Virus record (IMG/VR): IMGVR_UViG_3300043425_000861
DNA from: a virus
Length of the DNA: 64,000 nt
Strand: one strand, 5' to 3'
Each line of letters begins with the position of its first letter. Within the stretch, counting starts at the first letter, position 1. The translations under genes and the position numbers were made by a program. Of the stretch, positions 11,701 to 21,897 are shown one piece after another. The notes beneath the pieces were generated by a model. The model searched no databases. It worked only from the letters and a program-made list of their open reading frames with translations, and was not told the DNA's origin.

Positions 11701-14651
11701 CTGTTTTGATTAAAATCATAAAACAAATTAGTATCGATTGGTTCAGTTATACCTGATAAAATATCAACACCTTCTAATATGTGTTTTTTATATCTATGAT
11801 ATAACGCCCCCCACTTCAATATTAAATGATATGGTACATAGTGAGTAGCACCAATCTCTCTAAACATTGAAGACATTAAAACTCCTTCATCATTTGTGTT
11901 TATAACCGCTTGTAATCCAATGTTTAAATTATCTTTTAATGGATGTGCTAAATCTTTGAAGTTTAATTGGTTTAAAAGTAAGTAAGCAGAACCCACATAT
12001 CTTCCTTTTGATGTTCTATTTTGATAATCCTTATATAATTGTTTATGAAAATACGGAGTATTAATCATCATCCTATATTCTGTGGTAGGAGCGTTTTGAT
12101 AATCTACCGTATCAAAAGAGATATAATTATTGAATAAGTTTCTACCTGTTTTAGTGGTTCTTGATGTACTTCCTGATACATCAACAACATATTCCGCAGG
12201 GTCAGACCATACCCACATTTCAGGTTCAATTGATGAAGAAATAAAATCTTCAACAGTATTTAACCTAACCATACCTTTAAGGTGTATTTGGTTTTTAGTA
12301 AATCCTGACGATAATAAACTGTAACTATATTCAGTTGAATTAAAAGGGTATATGTTTACTCTATACTCCTCGCCAACATAGTTGATTAAATTTTGTGCTA
12401 AGTTTGGATAATATCTATTGTTGTCTAAAGATTTATTTTTAGGTACATATTTTTCTACCTTAAAATCCGCTTCTAAAGATTCCCTAATATATGGTATCGT
12501 TGGGAGTTGGTCTTCGTAATATGGATATCTTTCATAGGCTGAAAATCCTAACATATATTTCTTTAAGTCTTCAGGATTTTTAACTGATGTTTTTAAAATC
12601 TCAATAATATCAAAATCTTCAGCAATTCTATTTTTAAGATTGTCAAATTCTAACAACGCCAATTCTTGTATTGTATTGTTATTAAATGAATCTATAGTTG
12701 TAATATATGTTGCCCTTTCCCATATTTCATATAGTATAGAAGCAATTGATTTATCTTCGTATGGAACCGCATTATTTAAATGAGTTAACATACTAATATC
12801 TCTTTTCTGTAATGATTCAGAATCATTGTTTGTTACATAGTCAATTAAATCAGGTCCGTTTTCGTTAGAATCATTAGCTTCAACTTTTTTGGTTGATACC
12901 GCGTGATAATTCTCTACAAAATCCACCTCAGGCCATAATTTCTTATCATAACTTTGTAGTTTTTTTGACATTTCAAAAGAACCTGGGTAAACTAAAACAT
13001 TTTGTTTTTTACCTGTTGCAGGTTTTTTAACTTCAGGCCAAGGATATATTGATTCACCAACACTATCGGTCGACACTGAATTAAGAATATCTTTTCTTTG
13101 TTCTGCAACTTGGAAAGCTTTGTAATGTGTGTCTTTTAGTAATCTAATATATGTGTCCGCACTTGCAAGAATTAAACCCACAACATTACGAATCGTAGGT
13201 TCAAATCCAATTCCGATATCTCTCCTTTTGATGATATCGTTCATTTTTTTCTCGATTAACTGTTCTAATTTGTTTCTTTCTTCAATGTAATCTTTTTGAA
13301 TGGTGTACAATGTTTGTAACATTCCATTTATATTGACACCGATTTTAGAATCTATTTTGTAAAAGTTTTTAATATTCAATAACGCATCTCCTGAGATTGT
13401 TCTTGTATTAATCGTTTTATCTTTTAATAATTTAACATCTCTATTCTTACCGAACGCTTGGTTATTGTCCATCGCCTGTACATTGGTTTTGATTAATAAC
13501 TCTAACGTACCGGGAGTTGAACCTGTAAGCATCGCTAACGAAGTTGCTGGTTTACTTTTCTCTAAAAGCACATTCCATTCAATATCTTCGTTTGGTTCTT
13601 TTCTAAAAAATTCAGCACTTAAGTTTCTTGATTTCCAAGATAATAGTGCCTTTTCAAAGTTTTTTAAAACGTTATCAAACTCACGAATACCATTTAATAC
13701 TTTTGGGTCAGCCGTTTTTGAAAATATTTCTTCTTCTAAAATACTTTCTAATCTTTGTGCAATTTTAATAACTTCCCTTAATGTTTTATCAGGGAAGGTT
13801 TTTGGTAGTAGTCCTTTTTGTCTATACTCAGCATAAACAGATTTTAAAACTGTTAAACCTCTACTTGTTTTTCTAACTACCTTATCATATTTTTTTGTTT
13901 TCTCATTAAACTTACCATCTCTAATACTTTCAATTGGGTACATATATGGGGCTTCCATAATACCATCCAACGGAATATCATTTAGGTATGCGTATGTTGA
14001 ACCAACAAATGTTGTTTCTATTTCAAAGTTACCATTTGTTGAATTGAATCGTGAATTGAACTTAACTAAGTGAAGTCTATATCTTATCGCTTTTCCATAA
14101 TAACCTTTTATGGTTAAATAAAAAATTGGCCAAGGTAAATGGAAAAACGCTTTGTATGGTGAATTTTCAGGAGACTCAAAAAGTGTCTTACCTCTAACAT
14201 CCACAAATTTAATGTTGACTTGGGGTATTACATTGACTCCCTGTATTTGTACGTTAATACTTTCAATACCAAAACTTTGAGCAGTACTATCAAATTGATA
14301 AAACTCACCTGTTGGTATTTTATTTCCGTCTTTATCTTTTTTTGTTTTTTGGTCATATTCAGTATATGCATCGGTCCACTTTGAATCAAAGTCTCTTCCT
14401 TCTGCATTTCTCATTAAATTGAAAGTACCCTTTGCAATTGATGTTAATGTATTAGCTTCATTACCTGTTACCAAAGTTGTTCTTGGTATTAGGTCCGCCT
14501 CAAGATTCACATACATTACGAGTTCTTCTGGTTTACTTTCTCTTGATAAAACTTGACCGTCGGACACAACGCTATTAGGGTCGATGTACATTAAATTGTT
14601 TTGGTCGACCTTAACTAATATATCGTTTGTGTTTCCTTTTTTACTCGCCAT
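8799..14651 (-). CDS. Very large baseplate hub-like virion protein (1950 aa)
   Basis: Lies in the tail block. The N-terminal FGIESINV..FVDVRG and C-terminal GNVMIQPTMYFYL..FRGTYWIQEVNHSI..TTFKGTR resemble hub/late-control-D folds. Confidence 0.7.
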   Translation of the reverse strand: MASKKGNTNDILVKVDQNNLMYIDPNSVVSDGQVLSRESKPEELVMYVNLEADLIPRTTLVTGNEANTLTSIAKGTFNLMRNAEGRDFDSKWTDAYTEYDQKTKKDKDGNKIPTGEFYQFDSTAQSFGIESINVQIQGVNVIPQVNIKFVDVRGKTLFESPENSPYKAFFHLPWPIFYLTIKGYYGKAIRYRLHLVKFNSRFNSTNGNFEIETTFVGSTYAYLNDIPLDGIMEAPYMYPIESIRDGKFNEKTKKYDKVVRKTSRGLTVLKSVYAEYRQKGLLPKTFPDKTLREVIKIAQRLESILEEEIFSKTADPKVLNGIREFDNVLKNFEKALLSWKSRNLSAEFFRKEPNEDIEWNVLLEKSKPATSLAMLTGSTPGTLELLIKTNVQAMDNNQAFGKNRDVKLLKDKTINTRTISGDALLNIKNFYKIDSKIGVNINGMLQTLYTIQKDYIEERNKLEQLIEKKMNDIIKRRDIGIGFEPTIRNVVGLILASADTYIRLLKDTHYKAFQVAEQRKDILNSVSTDSVGESIYPWPEVKKPATGKKQNVLVYPGSFEMSKKLQSYDKKLWPEVDFVENYHAVSTKKVEANDSNENGPDLIDYVTNNDSESLQKRDISMLTHLNNAVPYEDKSIASILYEIWERATYITTIDSFNNNTIQELALLEFDNLKNRIAEDFDIIEILKTSVKNPEDLKKYMLGFSAYERYPYYEDQLPTIPYIRESLEADFKVEKYVPKNKSLDNNRYYPNLAQNLINYVGEEYRVNIYPFNSTEYSYSLLSSGFTKNQIHLKGMVRLNTVEDFISSSIEPEMWVWSDPAEYVVDVSGSTSRTTKTGRNLFNNYISFDTVDYQNAPTTEYRMMINTPYFHKQLYKDYQNRTSKGRYVGSAYLLLNQLNFKDLAHPLKDNLNIGLQAVINTNDEGVLMSSMFREIGATHYVPYHLILKWGALYHRYKKHILEGVDILSGITEPIDTNLFYDFNQNRTYEVPFTGSTSGNTASFNVIRGVNPKDFGFYPYYHSIFHQIVNDYTFYNPFIATGNTMYTEMVNKGVVKPIYKIGGDGAWNWSVMIDNSKYDSKDQRYTLLPGSGHIYSNLTGFSRNEQDNFKTYWSNYDQIYMGNQSPLYSGETFNPPSQYMVKNNSLPSISANNRKIVDLIATFKPEILDVFEDMFIEFASDTLNEEVPQSKYKFKYNTFKKILKELVSIPKYSTDNIDNAPGMNDFMMNAYWRQREKLYQITNDILSNDNLVKLSLSNPKEINAHVLGGFAQANVERFSTGLAFDSGQIDTETQNYIKLYLGEDMDNYYEDFFRYNNIELNEENIKRFRFLIYIYAGFRKAGYGISKATFVNYLRNNIILKDSDAFSKVGGQANRLALFLKVLTSRFSTLKADNVEQRLKIDRGYNDDIIKLELYNFFKSFNDKWIAGNSIGQRNLLEEFLFLDKANVDIGDSVYIDIKKLIEIGDQRNSKKQNLYGTISNLISRTGFDMRAMPAYVNFYGTNYNNKSKITPSKTVAKNIFGTFLEVDYQESSPKIILQYTGPTSKYLEMSEVNKKMMFKDDSFNIQQPNNNPVLIAPEVFNTIDFFKSNKAVAFEVSFGDQNQSIFKGLELNQSSVKNTSESFAVLERLGASETGSSTAQVDIGLFDIYRSQSYTCDVTMMGNVMIQPTMYFYLKNIPLFRGTYWIQEVNHSISNNNIQTTFKGTRIPITSLPDPKDSFMASYRALFDKMVSKAVAKVKDENQKLANKTNNEKVVQDNKGNTYVYDPGTKTISGEKIIENAASTPYGISYNGFKNEKYVQLVRFNDEEWLRANVTIMGGKNYPINNDIDMGFVSRYEFMSGNTKTSSVVKWSELSPNSDKDKFYSTKFLFDNTVTPNNILEGSPKTEFFNPDPKVNKKVTLGYSYDYTTRRFIGPVNTGPAAGIPYGIGMSKALMDELGLFEGDVVYFRLIK

Positions 14652-14964
14652 AATATAACTTATACAATTCTACTCCTCTTTTATAGTCTTGTAAAGTCGT
14701 TACTAATGGAAATGGAACTCTAATAACAAAATTATCTTGAATTTCAAATTCAACGCTACCAGCCATTGGATTGGCTAACATAATTAACCAACCAAAATAT
14801 GGTGTTCCGTAATATTCCTGTGACGCTTTATCAAGTCTATCCTTACCTTTTTTATATTGAAAATACTTGTCAGTAGACTTAATTGGTATTTCAATGCCTG
14901 GCATTATTTTAAAACTACCGTCATCTATAAAATATTGGTACCTATCAAAGTATTGATTACTCAT
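14641..14964 (-). CDS. Baseplate wedge gp53/LysM-like protein
   Basis: DRLD..SQEYYGTP..GWLIMLANP ... IRVP pattern. Confidence 0.75.
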   Translation of the reverse strand: MSNQYFDRYQYFIDDGSFKIMPGIEIPIKSTDKYFQYKKGKDRLDKASQEYYGTPYFGWLIMLANPMAGSVEFEIQDNFVIRVPFPLVTTLQDYKRGVELYKLYYGE

Positions 14965-17900
14965 TTTTTCTTTTTATAGTAGTTTAATTTATCTCCTAAC
15001 CTAACATCTGCAGAGTGTAGTTTTATTAAATTGGTTTTAGTATCACCTGTAATCACAAAGTCCTCGTTTACAATTTCAAATTCAACTTTGTTAGTATTTT
15101 TAGGTTCAGGATATTTTCCAAGTTTAACATCAATTGCTTTTGGTTCTACAAAGAATTTGGTTAATTTTTTATCAATAGTTTTTATTACTCCAGGATTAAA
15201 ATTTACGGAATCTTTTTTGGTTAGTGTATCTAAAAGGACTTGTTTTTTACTATAAAGTAATAAACTAACAAACTCTTTAAAATTATCGTCAGATATAGTC
15301 ATTTCCTTATCAAATGTTAAAGAAGTATCTATATCTACTAACATTTTTGGTTCATTTTTTTCAATAAATTCTACACAATTTGAATAACTGCTGTAGATTT
15401 TATTTTTAGTAAATCCTGTTGGAGATGCGTAATCAAATGTTGCTCCTGAAAAAACATTACTATCTGATACTTTACCGTCGTGGGTTGTATCTATAACAAA
15501 ATTAAGTTTGTCTAAATTCGCAATTAAATCATTTCTTTTAGTTTCAAGTTCAATCGCAGTTTTATCGTCGGCAGCCTCTTTTAATATTTTAGTTAATTCA
15601 TCCGCAACTATTGGTTTTAAATAAGTTTCAGTATAATCTGTTAATGGTTTATTTAAAACATCATTTAGACCAAACATTGTGGTGATATTTGTTGCTGATA
15701 ATTTATTACTCATTTTTACTCTAAATGCTGTTAATATATAACTTGTATATTTGTTCACACTTTTTTGTTGTCCAAATAATTGAACATTTAAATCAGTAAC
15801 ATTATTACTATTATCAACCTTTTTAATTGTAAAATCCTTTACCTCCCTATAAACAGGTGAGAAAAATGTACTAGCAATTTTACTACCATATTTTTTTGTG
15901 ATATTACTTATAGCTTGAATATATGAGGTATAATAATTTGTTGTTCCACCATAAACATTTTTTATCAACTTGTCATAATTCAATACCTTACCTGATAAAT
16001 CACCAAGATATTGTCCTCTTGAAACGTTATTTGGACTTTCAGGATTAGGTGTTGGGACTAAGTTAGTCGGTACAGGGGTTTTAAGTCCTGACAATTTTTC
16101 AAGTTCTTGTTTATTGAATTTAGTTCTATCTTCGGTCGCTGTTGCTCTATAATCATATACTTCAGTGTTTGCATAGAAGTTTGATGATAATGCATTCTGT
16201 AATCTTTCAACAGGTCTTTCCATTCCGTGACCACCGATAAAACTAACTTGTAGCGTTACATCCGCAATCATCGGTTGTATACCAATACCTTCGGGGTTTA
16301 AATCCCAAGGTGAGTTATCAAACTGAATATTCACATCTCTAATAATAACTTTAGAGTGATAAAAATCCCCAACTCTCATAATACAAATTGGTGGAGGTCC
16401 GAACGTGGTATTTCTGGCCGGTAAGTCTGTTTCATCGTTAATACCTTTAATTGGTATTGTATCTCCCGGTCTAATACATTGTTGTAAGAATGTTAAACGT
16501 GTATTCAATCCTTCAGGTGTTGTAGAGTGAAACGCCGGATGAAAATACTTTAACTTTTCTTTTAACGAACTAAACGCAACAGGTGATGTTTCTTCTAATT
16601 GTTTGAAGTAGTAACACTCACCCAAAGTCTTCATAATAATTCTCTTTAATTCGTCAAGTGGTGGTTTTTCTCTTTTACCTTGTTCTTGAACAGGAATTAC
16701 GTTTACTGGTGGTACATTAGGTGGTGGAGTCGGTACAGGTGGTGGGGTTGGTACAGGTGCAGGATTATCCGCAGGTTTTGTTTTATATGAAATACCCACA
16801 GTTGTTTCTCTACAATAAAATGTAACAGGTGCCGTTCTTTTTAAATCTTTATTACTTTTAATTTCTTGATTGTGACAATCAATATTTTTATCACCCGAAA
16901 TTGTCGTTTTAAATTGTTCTCCTTTATTTGAAACAAAATTAAATTTTAATTCACCATCATAATCATAACCCAAATCTCTGAATTTAATTGCAGGAATTTC
17001 GTCTACTATTTCTTTATCTTTTTCGTTTGGTGTTTTACCCCATTTCACACCCTCTTTTATTATATCATATTTTGCACCTTCACCTTTTATACTTTCAACA
17101 ATATCTTTTATAATACTTGAACTTCTTCTATATGATAGTTTTAAATTGTATGTGTCATCGGCAACAAATGATGTTGTCGATTGAAGTGATAATTTAATTT
17201 CTTGGATTTTTTTATCTTTTAATAAACCCTTAACATCTGTTAATAATTTAGTATATTCATTATACGTTGATGTTAATGTGTCAAATGCTTTATTTATTTC
17301 ACTAACAGTTTTACCTGTTAATTCGGCAATCTTAGCATCCGTCGGTCTTACTTTGGTTTCTTCGTTATAAAGAATTTTATAATCGTTTTGACTTTTAGGT
17401 CCCCAAGCGTGATTAGGATTAAATAACGCATCATCACCAGTTAATAATCCTTGTTCTAATTCTTCCAAAAATGCACTTCTTTGATAAAGTTCATATTCTT
17501 CTTTAAATCTTTTACCTTGTAATTCTCCCAAATCTTTTTTAGGATAATCATTTTTAAAATAAAGAGTAAACTTTTTATTTACAGGACCGCCAGCTGCATT
17601 GTTTTCTGAGCTATCACTTTTAGTTGGTGTTGAGCCAGGAACATCAGGAACATTTAAATCTTTAACAGGGTCAATTACTGTTCTTACTTTTTCAATAATT
17701 TTTGGGTCATTTGAAAATGAGAGATACCTTTGGATATTTTCAATATCGCTTTGGTCTAATGTTGTATATTTTCTAATTAAAGAATAAAAATCTAAATCTT
17801 CACATCCCGCAAAAAATGCGTTAATATAGTTATCAGCTTGTTCATCTGACATACCTTTAAAATGTTCTCTAACCAATAAATTTAAAATACTTGGGTGGTC

Positions 17901-19781
17901 GACTACAATTTTAAAAGACACACTACCGTTTCTTGTTGTGTTTTGATATGTGAAAATCGGTTCAGGTCTTCCAAGAAAAATGTTTTCTTCCCATCTAGCA
18001 CTATTTTGTTCACTAACTTTTAAGTCATATGGAGGAAACCACATAACACGTCCACCATTATTACCTCTTTCACAATAAGGTAAATCGTTGTATGTAAAAC
18101 CTGGTATGTTAGATGTCTTCCAAGCTAAGTTCTCAATTGAGAACATATATTTCTTAGCGTAGAATCCTCCATTACCTTTTACAATATTTGTTGACCCATC
18201 AAAAGATGATTTACCATCTGAATTTGGGTATATGTTTAAATTGTAAGGTGTGGACATTACAGATGAATCGTACTTTCTAATAAGACCGGTTCTTTTCATC
18301 GTATCCGAATAATTTAAGTGTGACCTATCTTTGGTCCACACTCTACAATATTCAACACCACTTTCTTCTCCTGAGTACATATTAACGTACTTAACGTTAG
18401 AACCTCGAGACATAACATTGTTACCATCTCTAAAAACTCTACTTGTTTGGTCAATTACATTTGCAACGTGTGACCTTTGTTCAATACCATTAAATGGTAA
18501 TGTATTAAGTAAATCTTGTGTTACACCTAATATTGAATCGTCTCTAAATCTAAAATTTGTTGATAATGTTCCTGCGTATTGTGATTGTTCTGACGCAAAT
18601 TCTTTGTTGTGTTCACCAATCTTGTTGGTTGATTTTTGACTAATCCAAGTTAGTTTACCACCAATCGGTCCACCTTCGGTAATATTTCTTTTTCTTTGGA
18701 ATAAACCCGCTTGAATTGGGTCAAACATTGATGACAAGTAAAAATTACTTCTTACAGGTCTATCATTAAAATCATTCATTGCGAATTTGACATCGTTACC
18801 TCTGTCATCTCCGATATATGCTCTACCTTTTGGTGCTTCCACACCTAAAAGATTTTTAACACCTGAAGCTACTTTATCAACAAAAGAAAATATTTTTGAT
18901 GATTGTTGAGACCTTGCGGTTGTTGTATAGTTAGGTGCATATTTTGAATATGATAATAAATCATATAATCTTTGTCTTTGACCTTCACCCATATATTCAA
19001 TGAATAAATCTGAAGGTTTTCTTGACGCTTTTGGTCTTCTTTGTATACCAATTAAAGAACCAATTGCACCTGTAACATCCTGAAGTATGGCCTGTGCTTC
19101 GTTTTGTGCAACAGGTCTAACATTTATAGGATTTCTTGGGTTTGTTAAATAATCACCAGGAACCTCACTCCAAGGAAATTCGACACCCGATACTGTTTGT
19201 AAGAAATCAATTGCTTTACCCGGTAAAGTTTTCGCAACTGTTATTTTATTATTGAATTCAATCAATGGTTCTCTACCTGTAACAATATTAATTGCGGTTG
19301 TTGTGTTACCTTGTAACGCATCAATTAATCTAACTCTACCAACAGTTGCTGCATATAAGTTTTGTTGTATTCTCGCAAATACAGGACCGTTAGGATTGTT
19401 TTTAATATTGTTAGCTGCAAACTTAAATAACTCAGATTCAGTATCGTAGTTACTTGTTGACATTATTCCAATAATGTTATAATCTTGACCCCCTCTAAAA
19501 TATGGGTATAAAGCTAAATTAGCTCTTCTTGGAATATTATCTAAAGTCTCTCTTACGAAATACTCTAAAGGTTTGAAAATATTTAAATTTTGTGTGTTAT
19601 CTAAACTGATTGTTCTTTCTCCCTCAACATCTCCTAAATTAGGGACAGGTGAGTCACTTAGATTTTGAATGGTGTATGAACCTGCATTAAAGGTTTGTGG
19701 ACCATTTGGTACAGATAAATTCTTACCTAATATGTAATCCCTAAATCTTTTAGTTGAATCAAAATCTACGTAGCTTGGCAT
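14961..19781 (-). CDS. Large baseplate / tube-initiator virion protein with an OmpA-like insert
   Basis: FPPYDL..SE..W....FLGRPEPIFTY..T.R and PPICIMRVGDFY motifs of tube-initiator folds; YNLKLSYRR OmpA-like motif. Confidence 0.7.
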   Translation of the reverse strand: MPSYVDFDSTKRFRDYILGKNLSVPNGPQTFNAGSYTIQNLSDSPVPNLGDVEGERTISLDNTQNLNIFKPLEYFVRETLDNIPRRANLALYPYFRGGQDYNIIGIMSTSNYDTESELFKFAANNIKNNPNGPVFARIQQNLYAATVGRVRLIDALQGNTTTAINIVTGREPLIEFNNKITVAKTLPGKAIDFLQTVSGVEFPWSEVPGDYLTNPRNPINVRPVAQNEAQAILQDVTGAIGSLIGIQRRPKASRKPSDLFIEYMGEGQRQRLYDLLSYSKYAPNYTTTARSQQSSKIFSFVDKVASGVKNLLGVEAPKGRAYIGDDRGNDVKFAMNDFNDRPVRSNFYLSSMFDPIQAGLFQRKRNITEGGPIGGKLTWISQKSTNKIGEHNKEFASEQSQYAGTLSTNFRFRDDSILGVTQDLLNTLPFNGIEQRSHVANVIDQTSRVFRDGNNVMSRGSNVKYVNMYSGEESGVEYCRVWTKDRSHLNYSDTMKRTGLIRKYDSSVMSTPYNLNIYPNSDGKSSFDGSTNIVKGNGGFYAKKYMFSIENLAWKTSNIPGFTYNDLPYCERGNNGGRVMWFPPYDLKVSEQNSARWEENIFLGRPEPIFTYQNTTRNGSVSFKIVVDHPSILNLLVREHFKGMSDEQADNYINAFFAGCEDLDFYSLIRKYTTLDQSDIENIQRYLSFSNDPKIIEKVRTVIDPVKDLNVPDVPGSTPTKSDSSENNAAGGPVNKKFTLYFKNDYPKKDLGELQGKRFKEEYELYQRSAFLEELEQGLLTGDDALFNPNHAWGPKSQNDYKILYNEETKVRPTDAKIAELTGKTVSEINKAFDTLTSTYNEYTKLLTDVKGLLKDKKIQEIKLSLQSTTSFVADDTYNLKLSYRRSSSIIKDIVESIKGEGAKYDIIKEGVKWGKTPNEKDKEIVDEIPAIKFRDLGYDYDGELKFNFVSNKGEQFKTTISGDKNIDCHNQEIKSNKDLKRTAPVTFYCRETTVGISYKTKPADNPAPVPTPPPVPTPPPNVPPVNVIPVQEQGKREKPPLDELKRIIMKTLGECYYFKQLEETSPVAFSSLKEKLKYFHPAFHSTTPEGLNTRLTFLQQCIRPGDTIPIKGINDETDLPARNTTFGPPPICIMRVGDFYHSKVIIRDVNIQFDNSPWDLNPEGIGIQPMIADVTLQVSFIGGHGMERPVERLQNALSSNFYANTEVYDYRATATEDRTKFNKQELEKLSGLKTPVPTNLVPTPNPESPNNVSRGQYLGDLSGKVLNYDKLIKNVYGGTTNYYTSYIQAISNITKKYGSKIASTFFSPVYREVKDFTIKKVDNSNNVTDLNVQLFGQQKSVNKYTSYILTAFRVKMSNKLSATNITTMFGLNDVLNKPLTDYTETYLKPIVADELTKILKEAADDKTAIELETKRNDLIANLDKLNFVIDTTHDGKVSDSNVFSGATFDYASPTGFTKNKIYSSYSNCVEFIEKNEPKMLVDIDTSLTFDKEMTISDDNFKEFVSLLLYSKKQVLLDTLTKKDSVNFNPGVIKTIDKKLTKFFVEPKAIDVKLGKYPEPKNTNKVEFEIVNEDFVITGDTKTNLIKLHSADVRLGDKLNYYKKKK

Positions 19782-19822
19782 TATGTTTTCCTTTACCTAT
19801 AAATAGGTGTTATGTTAAAAAT

Positions 19823-21715
19823 TTATTGGGGTAATGAAGTGTATGAATCCCAAGAATCGAAAAATTTACTAGCCATATCAGGATTTTTCATAATGAGTCT
19901 TGTAAATTCATCTCCACTAACATCGGTAGTAACTTTAAGATTTACATTTTTTTGTGCGGATTGGTTGTTTGATGTTTGTGTTTTAGCCTTTTCAGCTTCC
20001 GCTTTAGCTTTCTCCGCTTCAGCAACTGCAACAGGTTTTTGTGGTTCGGTTTGACTTTGAGCTTTTTTTCTACCTTCCACATTTGTAACATCATTAATCG
20101 TACTTGTAACTGCATTACCTAAACTATTAATTCCTTCAGCCGCCGCTTTACTAGCCTCTCTTGATTTTTTTGCAACTTCCATTGGGTCGAAACCTAACGC
20201 ATCTACCACCGCTTTACCACTCTTTCCCATTTGGAGTCTTGCGGCTGCCGCAATGAAGTTTACATCTCTATTGATATTTTCAACTAATCCAACTTGTTGT
20301 GTTGCGATGTCTTCCATTGACATCTTTTTAAATTGTTCTCTATATGTTAATAATGTTTCTTTTTGTTTTTCCGATAGTGATTCCAACGCTACGGTTGTTC
20401 CTCCCATTGCCTCTTGTAAGTTTTTCGGAACTTCAATAACCATCTTACCATCTTTCATTTGAGCAAGGTTGGTTAAGAACTCTTTATCTTCGTCATTATT
20501 AAATGTTAAACCAGCAGCCATTAAATCCGCAGCTGCTGATGACCTTTGAGCCGCTTGTACTGAAAGTTTTGTTAATTCCGAATATGAAATACCCAACTCT
20601 TTAGCCATCGCTTGTGCTTTTCTTAAATTGGCACCTGTCACTTCAAATCTTCCTTGTTCACTATTGTATGTTGCTAATGATTCTGCAGCACCGATTAATG
20701 CGTCTTGTAAATCTTCAACGTTATTTGTTGAATCGTACATCATTTTAATTGGGTCACTGAAACTACCCATTGCACCACCAATAGCTTGAAGTCCCGCAGC
20801 CATTGATAATGCGTTTTCAGGGTCCATAACTTTTTCCGCAAGTGTGTAAACACTTTGCATATCCATCTTTAACTGTTGTGCTTTTTGAACCATACTATTA
20901 AGTCCTTGAACACCGTTTTTAAATCCGAATTGATTTAATTTGTCAATATTCTGAACTAAAGTTGCTGTAGTTGTTTTTGAATTTAAACCGAGTTCTAATG
21001 AACCTTTACCAGCTTGTGCAATTGCTTTCATTGCATCGTTCGCACCCAATGAAACATCTTGAAACGCTTTTACAGCGTCGGCGGTGTCATCTAATCTATT
21101 AAAAAAGACTCTACCCGTTTCGGTCATACTATTGATAGTCTCGCTGTTAACAAGTCTAAATGTTCCAGCGTTATCAATTAGTCGAACCATTGTTTGTTCT
21201 AATTCACTAAATGAATACCCTAATCTAACCGCATTTGGATATGCGTCCGTAATCTCACCTCTGAAATCTTCAGAAAGTTGACCAGTCATACCAAGTTTGG
21301 TATTAATTTCAGAATGTAAAGATGATTGTTGTTCTAATACGGTATAAATCGAATTTTGGATACCCTTACCGACATTTTCTACCATTTGACTAAAGGTATT
21401 CAACTTACCGGTAGATTTATCAATGGCAACCTCGTATAGTCCTTTTATACCAATGTTTTCACCTGCGGTTTGCTGTGTGTTTTTTAAACTTGCAGCATCA
21501 ATCATACTACCAATCATTTGACCCGTATTATCCATACCTGAACCTGTTGGGGTTGTGGTATCTGCGGATTTAGGGTTTGAGGTATCATATAATCGACCAA
21601 TATCAGATTCAGATGCGGTATCATCAATAGCTCTGTAAGCCTTAATGAAACCACTTCTGTCTCCTTTGTACCTGTTAAGTAAATTGTTTAAATCTTTTGC
21701 GGTTACATTAGCCAT
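19823..21715 (-). CDS. Tape measure protein
   Basis: Alpha-helical, A/Q/M-rich 630-aa protein downstream of the tube and chaperone genes. Confidence 0.75.
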   Translation of the reverse strand: MANVTAKDLNNLLNRYKGDRSGFIKAYRAIDDTASESDIGRLYDTSNPKSADTTTPTGSGMDNTGQMIGSMIDAASLKNTQQTAGENIGIKGLYEVAIDKSTGKLNTFSQMVENVGKGIQNSIYTVLEQQSSLHSEINTKLGMTGQLSEDFRGEITDAYPNAVRLGYSFSELEQTMVRLIDNAGTFRLVNSETINSMTETGRVFFNRLDDTADAVKAFQDVSLGANDAMKAIAQAGKGSLELGLNSKTTTATLVQNIDKLNQFGFKNGVQGLNSMVQKAQQLKMDMQSVYTLAEKVMDPENALSMAAGLQAIGGAMGSFSDPIKMMYDSTNNVEDLQDALIGAAESLATYNSEQGRFEVTGANLRKAQAMAKELGISYSELTKLSVQAAQRSSAAADLMAAGLTFNNDEDKEFLTNLAQMKDGKMVIEVPKNLQEAMGGTTVALESLSEKQKETLLTYREQFKKMSMEDIATQQVGLVENINRDVNFIAAAARLQMGKSGKAVVDALGFDPMEVAKKSREASKAAAEGINSLGNAVTSTINDVTNVEGRKKAQSQTEPQKPVAVAEAEKAKAEAEKAKTQTSNNQSAQKNVNLKVTTDVSGDEFTRLIMKNPDMASKFFDSWDSYTSLPQ

Positions 21716-21744
21716 TTATGTATAAATCTTTCTATATAAATAGA

Positions 21745-21897
21745 TTAATTACTAGATTCCATTTCGAGGATGTAATTAATATAATATCTTCGAACATAAA
21801 CAGGCATTGAAATTAAATCAGAGTAAGAAAACCCTCGTTTAATTAAAAATAGAATCTCGTCTAATTGTCCTTTCTTATAATCCGTAGAAAGGGCGAA
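21745..21897 (-). CDS. Frameshift extension of the tail assembly chaperone (GT/gp51-like, 50 aa)
   Basis: Open frame FALSTDYKKGQLDEILFLIKRGFSYSDLISMPVYVRRYYINYILEMESSN*, entered at GAG TTT TTT CGC by a +1 or -2 shift. Confidence 0.7.
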   Translation of the reverse strand, partial: FALSTDYKKGQLDEILFLIKRGFSYSDLISMPVYVRRYYINYILEMESSN

